A stretch of 30,691 nucleotides of DNA. Source: Verrucomicrobiota bacterium. Lineage in GTDB: Bacteria > Verrucomicrobiota > Verrucomicrobiia > Limisphaerales > CANJXF01. A program made the translations under genes and the position numbers. Below the pieces are notes generated by a model. The model did not search any database. It worked only from the letters and a program-made list of their open reading frames with translations, and was not told where the DNA came from. The stretch lies in NCBI GenBank assembly GCA_039917795.1, contig JBDSIW010000190.1, positions 1 to 30,691 on the forward strand. The letters run 5' to 3'. Shown in pieces: positions 1 to 8,800 of this stretch (positions are counted from its first letter, which is position 1; each line of letters starts with the position of its first letter).

Positions 1-2
1 TA

Positions 3-311
3 AAACCGTCCTGCGGCTGGAGCCAGGGAGTGCGGGCCATCATGAAAAAATACGACCTTCCCTTTGAAGATCGCGACATTATCAATGACCATGTGCAGCG
101 TCAGGAAATGATCGAGAAGAGCGGGCAAATGCTGAGCCCTTGCGTGGAAATCAATGGGCAAATGCTCCCCGATATCAGCGGTGAAGAAGTGGAATCCTAT
201 CTTTTGTCCAACAAGCTGGTGGGGACGAATGACCGTCAGCCCGACGCCCCCATCAACCAGCCTTGTGCTCATGAAATGCCGCAAGCCGCTCCGCTGGAAT
301 TCAGGCGGTAA
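3..311 (+). CDS. Glutaredoxin-family protein with CGWS active-site motif (5'-truncated by window edge)
   Basis: The frame is open upstream of the tracked GTG at 30. Nt 3-29 read KPSCGWSQG, continuing VRAIMKKYDLPFEDRDII...EMIEKSGQMLSPCVEING. This is a thioredoxin-fold Grx pattern with a monothiol CxxS motif and a cis-Pro-like SPCV segment. Stop TAA at 309-311. Confidence 0.85.
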   Translation, partial: KPSCGWSQGVRAIMKKYDLPFEDRDIINDHVQRQEMIEKSGQMLSPCVEINGQMLPDISGEEVESYLLSNKLVGTNDRQPDAPINQPCAHEMPQAAPLEFRR

Positions 312-325
312 GAGGAGTTTCGAAT

Positions 326-363
326 AAAAAAACGCGAAGGTGTGAGCCTTCGCGTTTTTGTTT
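326..363. terminator. Bidirectional rho-independent terminator
   Basis: AACGCGAAGG (331-340), 6-nt loop, CCTTCGCGTT (347-356): a perfect 10-bp stem. It is flanked by an A-run (326-332) and a T-rich run (355-363) and lies between two convergent genes. Confidence 0.85.
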
Positions 364-374
364 GTGATCGCAGA

Positions 375-1088
375 TTACTTCGACTTCATCAGAATCTCTT
401 TAAGCTCAGGCACATCTTTCTTCGCTTCTTTCCAAGCGGCCTTTTCGTCGGACGGAAGGCGCTTCACCATCACGTTGCGATACTGAACTTCGCTGCCCTG
501 GTTGTGTTGCTGAAAAGCCAGATGTCCGCTCGTCATTGTGTGATTTTCGTCCACGAAGTCGGTGACAATTTTGTCGTTCACTTTGATGATGATGCGGTTG
601 CCAATGGCGATGATGTGTTGCGTCCACCAGGTGTCATCCTGGATGAGTTGTTCCCGCACCGCGACGGGGAGGGGTTGAAATTTTCTTTCCGCGGCATTGT
701 AGAGGGAGCCGGTCTTTTGCGGGTCGGGACTGGTGTTCTCGACTTGCGCTTCATATCCTTCCGGCCAGCCTTTCCCGTATTTCGCGCGAAAATACATTCC
801 GCTATTGCCGCTGTGGTTTAGTTTCACCTCTACCTTGAATTCAAGGTTCGTGTAAACGTTTGGACTGAACAAATGGCTTCTCTCGCCGGAACCTTTGAGA
901 ACGCCATCCTCCATCTTCCATTCACCCGCGTCCGGCGCGGTCCAGCCGCTCAGGGTTTTTCCGTCGAACAATTTGACCCAGCCATTTTTTTCCGGTTTTT
1001 CCGGAACCGCCGCAGGTTCCGTCTGGGCCGAAAGGTTGAGGCAAAAAAGTGATACGGTGATCAGTGACGACAAAAGAGTTTTTGACAT
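375..1088 (-). CDS. Exported DUF1080 (3-keto-disaccharide hydrolase-like, ConA fold) protein
   Basis: Signal peptide MSKTLLSSLITVSLFCLNLSAQ. Family motifs GWVKLFDGKTLSGW, GNSGMYFR, YEAQV, KTGSLY, GHLAFQQH, VQYRNVMVKRL. ATG at 1088 preferred over TTG at 1109. Confidence 0.9.
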   Translation of the reverse strand: MSKTLLSSLITVSLFCLNLSAQTEPAAVPEKPEKNGWVKLFDGKTLSGWTAPDAGEWKMEDGVLKGSGERSHLFSPNVYTNLEFKVEVKLNHSGNSGMYFRAKYGKGWPEGYEAQVENTSPDPQKTGSLYNAAERKFQPLPVAVREQLIQDDTWWTQHIIAIGNRIIIKVNDKIVTDFVDENHTMTSGHLAFQQHNQGSEVQYRNVMVKRLPSDEKAAWKEAKKDVPELKEILMKSK

Positions 1089-1214
1089 AGTTTTAAGTTG
1101 CTTGCCCAAAGTTTTAACAGAAGGACTCGCTTTGACAATCGCGATTATGAATACGGGATTTCTTCAACCCGATTGAACCTCGACACACTCCACGCTCCCT
1201 CACTATTTTTGGCC

Positions 1215-2063
1215 ATGCGAATCATGCGTACCATCGCGGCCATGCAGTCGCTGGCAAAAAAAAGCAGGATACGAGGCGTGTCTATTGGATTCGTTCCCAC
1301 GATGGGCTACCTGCACGCGGGGCATATCAGTTTGGTGAGTCGGGCGCGCAAGGCGATTGGAAATAAGGGATTGGTGGTGGTGAGCATTTACGTGAACCCG
1401 ACTCAATTTGCGCCAACCGAAGATCTCGCCAAATACCCGCGCGATTTCAACCAGGACAAAAAACTTTGTCGCGCCGCAGGCGTGGACGTTTTATTCGCCC
1501 CGACCGACCACGAAATGTATCCCGCCGACTTCAGCACCTACGTGAGCGAGGAAAAACTTTCCCGCGGCATGGAGGGCGCATCGCGGCCCACTCATTTCCG
1601 CGGCGTGACCACAATCGTGGCAAAGCTCTTCAATATTGTGTTGCCTGATGTCTCGGTGTTTGGCGCGAAGGATTTTCAACAAGCGGCGGTTGTGCAGCGC
1701 ATGCAGCGCGATTTGAATTTTCCAGGGAAAACCGTAGTTGCTCCTACCTATCGTGAGCCGGACGGCCTCGCCTTGAGTTCACGCAATAGATATCTTTCGC
1801 CAGTCGAGCGACAGCAAGCGACCATTCTCTGGCGCGCAATGCAGGACGCCCGCCAAAAAGTAAAAACCGGCTCTATTCCGGCGAAAAAATTGAAGGATGA
1901 AATCCAAAAGTTGGTTTCATCTGAAGCCGGGGCGAAATTGGATTACGTGGAGTTTTTCCATCCGGAAACGCTGGAAACTATTTCAGCGCCCCGCCGCGGA
2001 ACGCAAATGGCATTGGCCGTCCGGTTTGGCAAAACCCGGCTGATCGACAATTCCCGACTTTGA
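1215..2063 (+). CDS. panC: Pantoate--beta-alanine ligase
   Basis: Motifs GFVPTMGYLHAGHISLV (HIGH-like), SIYVNPTQF, RPTHFRGVTTIVAKLFNIV, FGAKDFQQ, REPDGLALSSRN, TRLIDN. Start set at ATG 1215 (MRIMRT). Confidence 0.97.
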   Translation: MRIMRTIAAMQSLAKKSRIRGVSIGFVPTMGYLHAGHISLVSRARKAIGNKGLVVVSIYVNPTQFAPTEDLAKYPRDFNQDKKLCRAAGVDVLFAPTDHEMYPADFSTYVSEEKLSRGMEGASRPTHFRGVTTIVAKLFNIVLPDVSVFGAKDFQQAAVVQRMQRDLNFPGKTVVAPTYREPDGLALSSRNRYLSPVERQQATILWRAMQDARQKVKTGSIPAKKLKDEIQKLVSSEAGAKLDYVEFFHPETLETISAPRRGTQMALAVRFGKTRLIDNSRL

Positions 2064-2548
2064 TTAAGCGTTCCGGAAAAAAATCGAGCAAGATGCTTTA
2101 CCTGATTGGCGGGCTGAAGATTTTCAAGGGGATTCTTCTGCTGGCCTTTGCCCTGGCGGCTTTCAAGTTGATCGGGAAAAATCTGTCGGAAGAGGTCAGA
2201 CGGCTCGCGGAGAAGTTCTTCTTTGATCCGGACAACAAATACCTTTTGAAGGCCCTGCAAAAAGTTTCCGGGCTCGATCAAAGGAAATTGTCGCTCTTGA
2301 GCGCGGGAACTTTTATTTACGCGGCTTTGTTTTTTGCAGAGGGAATAGGCTTGCTGTTGCAAAAAACATGGGGCGAATACCTGACGGTCATTGTCACGTC
2401 ATCATTTTTGCCGTTCGAGATTTTTGAACTGGCCAATAAGTTCAGCGCAGTGAAGACGACAGTGCTGATTTTAAATGTCGCCATTGTCATTTACTTGATT
2501 TGGCGTTTGTATCACGAGAAGCAAAATAGAAAAACGTGCCGCACTTGA
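2060..2548 (+). CDS. DUF2127-family integral membrane protein
   Basis: About four hydrophobic segments. [12 protein letters not shown]...[36 protein letters not shown] matches the DUF2127 pattern. 4-nt TTGA overlap with the panC stop. Confidence 0.8.
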   Translation: MIKRSGKKSSKMLYLIGGLKIFKGILLLAFALAAFKLIGKNLSEEVRRLAEKFFFDPDNKYLLKALQKVSGLDQRKLSLLSAGTFIYAALFFAEGIGLLLQKTWGEYLTVIVTSSFLPFEIFELANKFSAVKTTVLILNVAIVIYLIWRLYHEKQNRKTCRT

Positions 2549-4143
2549 AACAATTCGACTTCCTGGTTCTGGGCAGTGGCATCGCGGGACTTTCCTTCGC
2601 CCTCAAGGTTGCGTCGCGAGGACGGGTGGCCATCGTCACCAAGAAATCCCGCGCGGAGTCCAATACCAATTATGCGCAGGGCGGAATTGCGGCCGTCACG
2701 AGCAAAGAGGATTCGTTCGAGGCTCACGTGCGCGACACACTTGAGGCTGGCGCTGGGCTGTGCAAGGAATCCGTCGTTCGCACCATCGTCGAGGAAGGCC
2801 CTGCCCGTATCGCAGAATTGATCGAACTAGGCATGCGCTTTTCCGAGCGCGAGATCCCCCAGTCCGGCGGCGCGAAGGAATTAGATCTTGGCCGCGAGGG
2901 CGGGCATTCCAAGCGTAGAATCCTCCACGCCAAGGACGTGACCGGCCGCGAAATTGAGGCCGCCCTGCTGGCCGCGATCGCCGCCCAGTCCAATATCGAA
3001 GTCTTTGAAAACCATTTTGTGATTGATCTGATCACCAGTCAGAAACTTGGTTATGTCGGGAAAAACCGCTGCCTTGGCGCCTACGTGTTGGAGAACGAAA
3101 CCGGGCAGGTGGATACGTTTGCGGCGGGCACCATCCTCCTGGCCACGGGTGGCTGCGGAAAAGTTTATCTCTACACAACGAACCCGGATATCGCCACGGG
3201 CGACGGTGTGGCGATGGCCTACCGCGCGGGCGCGGCGATTGCGAACATGGAGTTCATTCAGTTCCACCCGACTTGCCTTTTCCATCCGAAGACAAAGTCA
3301 TTTCTCATCAGCGAAGCGGTCCGAGGAGAGGGCGGAGTTTTGAAAAACTTCGAGGGCTTTGAGTTCATGGATAAAGCGCATCCGCTCAAATCCCTTGCGC
3401 TCCGGGACATCGTTGCGCGGGCCATTGACGCAGAGATGAAACGCACTGGCGCCGACCATGTTTGTTTGGATATCACGCATCAACCGGCTGGGTTCATTAT
3501 CGAACGGTTTCCGAACATCTACCAAACCTGTTTGCAGTACGGGATCGACATCACGAAGGAGTCAATCCCAGTGGTGCCGGCGGCGCATTATCAATGCGGC
3601 GGCGTGCTGACCACGATCGATGGCGAAACCGAGATCGGAGGATTGTTCGCGGTCGGGGAAGTGGCTTGCACGGGCTTGCACGGCGCAAATCGGCTGGCGA
3701 GCAACTCATTGCTGGAAGCGCTGGTTTGCGCACATCGGGCCGCGGAGAAAACCATTTCGATTCCAGGCCCGCAAAATAAATTTTCCATTCCAGAATGGCA
3801 GGCAGGCGACGCTCACGATTTGGACGAGCTGGTGGTGGTCTCCCACAATTGGAACGAGATTCGCCGATTGATGTGGGATTACGTCGGAATCGTGCGCACG
3901 AACAAGCGTTTGCAACGAGCCGCGTCGCGCATCGCGAACCTGCAGGATGAAATTCAAGAGTACTATTGGGATTTCCGCGTCACCAGCGACTTGCTTGAGC
4001 TGCGCAATATCGCGACGGTCGCGGAACTGATCATTCGATCGGCACTGCAACGCCCGGAGAGCCGCGGGTTGAATTACAATTTGGATTTCCCCGATGCCGA
4101 CCCGGAATATTCCCAGCGAGATACCGTTCTGCGTCGGGTTTGA
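2536..4143 (+). CDS. nadB: L-aspartate oxidase
   Basis: FAD-binding [92 protein letters not shown] start overlaps the DUF2127 end by 13 nt. Confidence 0.95.
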   Translation: MPHLKQFDFLVLGSGIAGLSFALKVASRGRVAIVTKKSRAESNTNYAQGGIAAVTSKEDSFEAHVRDTLEAGAGLCKESVVRTIVEEGPARIAELIELGMRFSEREIPQSGGAKELDLGREGGHSKRRILHAKDVTGREIEAALLAAIAAQSNIEVFENHFVIDLITSQKLGYVGKNRCLGAYVLENETGQVDTFAAGTILLATGGCGKVYLYTTNPDIATGDGVAMAYRAGAAIANMEFIQFHPTCLFHPKTKSFLISEAVRGEGGVLKNFEGFEFMDKAHPLKSLALRDIVARAIDAEMKRTGADHVCLDITHQPAGFIIERFPNIYQTCLQYGIDITKESIPVVPAAHYQCGGVLTTIDGETEIGGLFAVGEVACTGLHGANRLASNSLLEALVCAHRAAEKTISIPGPQNKFSIPEWQAGDAHDLDELVVVSHNWNEIRRLMWDYVGIVRTNKRLQRAASRIANLQDEIQEYYWDFRVTSDLLELRNIATVAELIIRSALQRPESRGLNYNLDFPDADPEYSQRDTVLRRV

Positions 4144-4331
4144 AGCGCTTCGCGGAGTCGACGCTTGGTTGCCGCCAACCGCGTTGCCGTCGGTGAATTT
4201 TCAGATGATTTCTCCTGCCACTTCTCGTAACGTCCGGCCATGATCACGCTGACGTTTCCATTCTTGCGCTCAATCTCATCTCGGAGATTTCCTTCCGTTT
4301 CGACGGGTTGGCGAATTAACTAAACGACAAA

Positions 4332-5777
4332 ATGATGCGAATGCTTTGCCAGAAACCCGGGGTCGTTATCTGCATCCTCATGAACCTCACGATGAGCCAA
4401 TCAAAATATCAAACACCGGAAATCAAACTCACGGTTCCGTCCTCCATCCTGGATTCTTCGGGCGAGGAAAAGCAGGTCACGCGCGGTCCCGGCGGACGAA
4501 TCCTCACCAATACCCGAGTTTGGTCTCCGGACGGAGAATGGATCGTTTACGATACGCGCAGCGATGCCGCGGGCGAGGGTTTCAACGGTGACTTCGTTCG
4601 CATGGTCAACGTGCGAACTGGCGAAGTGCGCGACTTATACCAATCGAAAAATGGTGCGCACTGCGGCGTGGTGACATTTCATCCGCGCGAAGAAAAAGTC
4701 GTTTTCATTCTCGGGCCGGAAAACCCGACGCCCGATTGGACGTATGGAATGTTCCATCGCCAGGGTCTGATCGTGAGCGCGAAGAGTGATGCCGGGATCA
4801 ATCGTGCCATTAACCTCGATGCGCGCGACCTGACGCCGCCCTTTACGCCCGGGGCTTTGCGGGGCGGTTCGCATGTTCACGTGTGGGACGCAGCGGGAGA
4901 CTGGGTGAGTTTTACCTATGAAGATCACCTCCTGGCACAATTCAAGGAGGCGACAGCGCAAAACGATATTAATCTTCGCAACGTCGCGGTCAGCTTGCCG
5001 GGTCGAGCAGTGCGGGTCAGCAGAGATCACCCCCGAAATCACGATGGTGCGGCATTCAGTGTCGTGGTGACGCGGACGACGGCCCATCCCAAGCCGGGCT
5101 CGGACGAAATCAAGAAGGCCTACGAGGAAGCTTGGGTGGGGGAGCGGGGTTACGTTCGACGAGACGGAACGCGTCAACGTCGCGCCTTGGCCTTTCAAGG
5201 CGATGTGTTGACTGAGGATGGGAAAACAATTTCGGAAGTATTCCTGGTCGATTTGCCCGACGATCTGACGCATCCGAGCGAAGGTCCTTTGGCTGGAACC
5301 GAAACAAAAATGCCTTGCCCGCCGAAAGGTTGCGCCCAGCGTCGGCTCACTTTCACGGCGAAGCGAAAATTTCCCGGCTTGCAAGGTCCGCGCCAATGGC
5401 TGCGCAGTTCGCCGGACGGATCGCACATCGCATTCCTGATGAAAGACGATGAAGGCGTCGCGCAATTGTGGACCGTTTCGCCTAACGGCGGGGAACCGAA
5501 ACAAATAACACGAAACGAATGGGGTATCGCGTCGTCATTCACCTGGAGTCCCGATGGAAAGCGACTGACGCACGTGTTGGACAATACCGTTTGCGTCACC
5601 GAGTTGGCTGCGGGAAAAACCATTCGCCTGACGCCGCGCACAGATGACGCGACCGCACCGCGATCCGAAGCCTGCGTGTTTTCTCCCAATGGAAAACAGA
5701 TCGCCTACCTGCGCCGGATCGTGGACGCGGGCCAGGTCTCCAACCAAATCTTCGTGGTCGCTGTGGCGAATCCGTGA
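4332..5777 (+). CDS. yidR: DUF3748 / YidR-like TolB-type beta-propeller protein
   Basis: LTNTRVWSPDGEWIVYD, GPENPTPDW, DARDLTPPFTPGALRGGSHVHVW, PGSDEIKKAYEEAWVG, QRRLTFT, IAFLMKDDEGVAQLWTVSPNGGEPKQIT closely follow E. coli YidR as I recall it. The start is uncertain (4332, 4380 or 4392). Confidence 0.85.
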   Translation: MMRMLCQKPGVVICILMNLTMSQSKYQTPEIKLTVPSSILDSSGEEKQVTRGPGGRILTNTRVWSPDGEWIVYDTRSDAAGEGFNGDFVRMVNVRTGEVRDLYQSKNGAHCGVVTFHPREEKVVFILGPENPTPDWTYGMFHRQGLIVSAKSDAGINRAINLDARDLTPPFTPGALRGGSHVHVWDAAGDWVSFTYEDHLLAQFKEATAQNDINLRNVAVSLPGRAVRVSRDHPRNHDGAAFSVVVTRTTAHPKPGSDEIKKAYEEAWVGERGYVRRDGTRQRRALAFQGDVLTEDGKTISEVFLVDLPDDLTHPSEGPLAGTETKMPCPPKGCAQRRLTFTAKRKFPGLQGPRQWLRSSPDGSHIAFLMKDDEGVAQLWTVSPNGGEPKQITRNEWGIASSFTWSPDGKRLTHVLDNTVCVTELAAGKTIRLTPRTDDATAPRSEACVFSPNGKQIAYLRRIVDAGQVSNQIFVVAVANP

Positions 5778-5802
5778 CGCGCCCTTCTGTTTGTATTTAC
5801 CA

Positions 5803-8800
5803 ATGAAAAAATTCTCTCTGATGGTTTTCCTGGCGGTCGCACTTCGAGGAGCGAGTTCAGCGGAAGCCGCGCTCACGGCTGCTCCAGCCGAATATGAACT
5901 GTTGGCCCATACAAATTTGGTCGCGTGGTGCATCGTTCCATTTGACGCAAAGAAACGCGGGCCCGAGGAGCGCGCGACGATGCTGGAGAAACTTGGCTTC
6001 CGGTTTTTCGCCTACGATTACCGCGCGGAACACATTCCCACGTTCGACGCCGAAATGGACGCGCTGCAAAGGCACGGAATCCAATTGACGGCGTGGTGGT
6101 TTCCGGGGGTGATGAATGACGAGGCCCGGCTCATCCTCGACGTCCTGCATCGACACAAGATCCGCGCGCAGCTTTGGGTGACGAGCGGGGGCGCGCCCGT
6201 AAAGTCCGCCGCGGAACAAAACGCCCGCGTTAAAGCAGAAGCGAAAAACATCCAGGCGATTGCAGAAGCGGCGGCGAAAGCGGGTTGCACCGTCGCGCTC
6301 TACAATCACGAGAACTGGTTCGGCGAACCGGAAAACCAGATTCAGATCATCGAGCAGTTGAAGCGCGATGGCGTGACGAACGTGGGCATTGTTTACAACC
6401 TTCATCACGGACACGATCACGTCGATCGACTGCCCGCGTTGTTGCAGCAAATGAAGCCTTACTTGCTTGCGCTCAACCTCAATGGCATGACCAAAAACGG
6501 CGACCAGCTTGGGAAGAAAATTTTACCGCTCGGGCAAGGCGAACTCGATTTGAGTTTGCTCCGGATGATTCGCGACAGCGGCTGGCGCGGCCCGATCGGC
6601 TTGCTGAATCACACCGATGAAGATGCCGAGGCGCGCCTGCGCGACAACCTCGACGGTCTCGATTGGCTGGTTCGGCAAATCGATGGCCAGCCGCCAGGGC
6701 CAAGACCCGTTCCGCGCAGCTGGCATGAACCCGCACCGCCCGGTTCGCCAAAAAAAACCAGCTGGCAGGTTTCTCTCGCACCCGCATTTAGCCAGGCGCT
6801 CAGCGGAGGAATTATGTTCGAGGGCAAACCCGAATATCGTGCGCGGCCCATCACGATCGAATGCCGCGCGAGACTGGACGGCTTTTCCAGATTCAATATT
6901 CTCGTGGCGTCCGACACGAAAGCGTCCGCTGAACATTGGGAACTTTATTCTTTCGCGGGAACGGGCGCTCTCAGTCTTTACCAACCCGGGCGCGGCGGAA
7001 ACGTCAGTGCTGAGATCAATATCTGCGACGGCCAGTGGCATTATCTCGCCGCGATCATCGAAGAGAAACGTGTTCGGCTTTTTGTGGACGGCAAGCTTGT
7101 GAAGGACGCCGTCGCGACTCCGCTGACCGGCACGCCGATTCCCGGTGGCTTCGCCATTGGCACGCTGGTCGAGGGCGGCATCGGTTGCGATGGGCTGGTG
7201 GACGACGTCCGTCTTTCGCGCGGCGCACGGGAAATCGTCAGCGTGCGGAATAATCCTTTGGCCCGCGACGATCAAACGATCGGGCTCTGGAACTTCGACG
7301 ATCTAAAACCTTCAACCTCGGGAGAGCTCGATCCGTGGGCGATTGAGAACGCCCACGCCCGCGCGGCCTTGCCGGAATTTCAGGAAATACCAGCCGCCAC
7401 ACTGGACGAGCTCACGCCAGCGCAAGATGTACCGGGGACGGGAACCATCACGAACTGGCACCGCTCACTCGGGGACGCAACCTCCAGTCGCTTCTCAGCG
7501 TTAAACCAGATCAACAGCGAAAATGTCCACCGCCTGGAAGTCGCGTGGACCTACCACTCGAAAGACGGGACCGGGAACATTCAGTGCAATCCAATCATCG
7601 TGAATGGCGTTATGTTTGCTCCGACGGCGGGACATTTTGTGGTCGCGGTCAACGCCGAAACGGGGGAGGAGATTTGGCGCTTCAAGCCGGAAATAAAAAC
7701 GGGCGCAATGCGGCAGGAGGATCCACCCGCCCGGCGCGGCTTGATTTTTTGGCCCGGCAACAACAAGGATTCGCCCAGAATTCTTTTCACTAGCGGCAAC
7801 TGGATTTACGCGCTGGATCCAAAAACTGGGAAGCCAGTGGAAGCGTTCGGCGACAAGGGGCGCACCTTTTTGCCCGCGGGCGGAACAGTGGCGGGGGCAA
7901 TTTTTAAAAATTTTCTCGTCGTTCCAGGATTCAATCGCGACGTGTTCGGCTACGACGTCAGGTCTGGCGAACTGCTTTGGACATTTCACACCATTCCGCA
8001 TACGGGTGAGTACGGTCGAGAGACCTGGAGCGGGGCGGGGGAGGGCGCGAACTGCTGGGGTGGCATGGCGCTGGACGAGCAGCGCGGGATTGCATTTATT
8101 TCCACGGGTTCACCCAAGCCGAATTTCACGGGCGGGTCTTATCGCGGTGAGAACATTTTTGCCAATTGTCTTCTGGCCCTCGATGTCGCGACCGGAATAC
8201 GGCTCTGGCATTTTCAGGAAATCCGCCACGACATTTGGGACCTGGATATTCCGGCACCGCCGAATCTCGTCACCCTCACCCGCGAGGGAAAGCGCGTGGA
8301 TGCCGTTGCCCAGGTCACCAAGCTGGGGAACACGCTCCTGCTCGACCGATTGACGGGCAAACCGATTTTTCCCTTTCGTCTCCGGCGCGCGCCCACTTCA
8401 AAATTGCCCGGCGAATGGACTGCGCCTTATCAACCGGACGTGCAAATTCCCGAGCCGTTTGCGCGGCAGGAATTTTCGACCCGCGAAGTGAGTCAGCGCA
8501 GCGACGAAGCACGCGAATACGTTGGAAAGCGTATCGCCAGCGCCAACTTCGGCTGGTTCGAACCATTCCAGGAAGGCAAAGCGACGGTGCTCTACAACAT
8601 TCATGGCGGAGCAGAATGGACGGGGGCCGCGTTTGATCCAGGCAGCGGTTTTCTCTACGTGAGCGCGAACGAAATTCCATGGGCAATCACGGTTTTTCGC
8701 GATGATCCGGAGCTGTCACGGGATTCAGCTGCGCCTACGGCTGGCGAGAAGATTTATCAGCAAACCTGTGGTCCCTGTCACGGGGCCGATCGGATTGGTC

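Noticed and set aside
1110-1160. TTGACA at 1132-1137 as the panC promoter, or TTGTCA/TAAAAC on the minus strand for DUF1080
   Set aside because: Neither has a convincing -10 hexamer at 16-18 nt spacing, so I did not call a promoter.
5644-5802. Upstream in-frame extensions given by the ORF track (5644, 15575, 1098, 21158)
   Set aside because: They overlap neighbouring genes and precede clear signal peptides or homologous starts, so downstream ATGs were chosen.
8225-8255. HDIWDLD as a lanthanide-binding (XoxF-type DxD) signature
   Set aside because: The same WDxD occurs in ordinary Ca/Mg-dependent membrane glucose dehydrogenases, so it is not diagnostic in this subfamily. Only metal reconstitution could decide.
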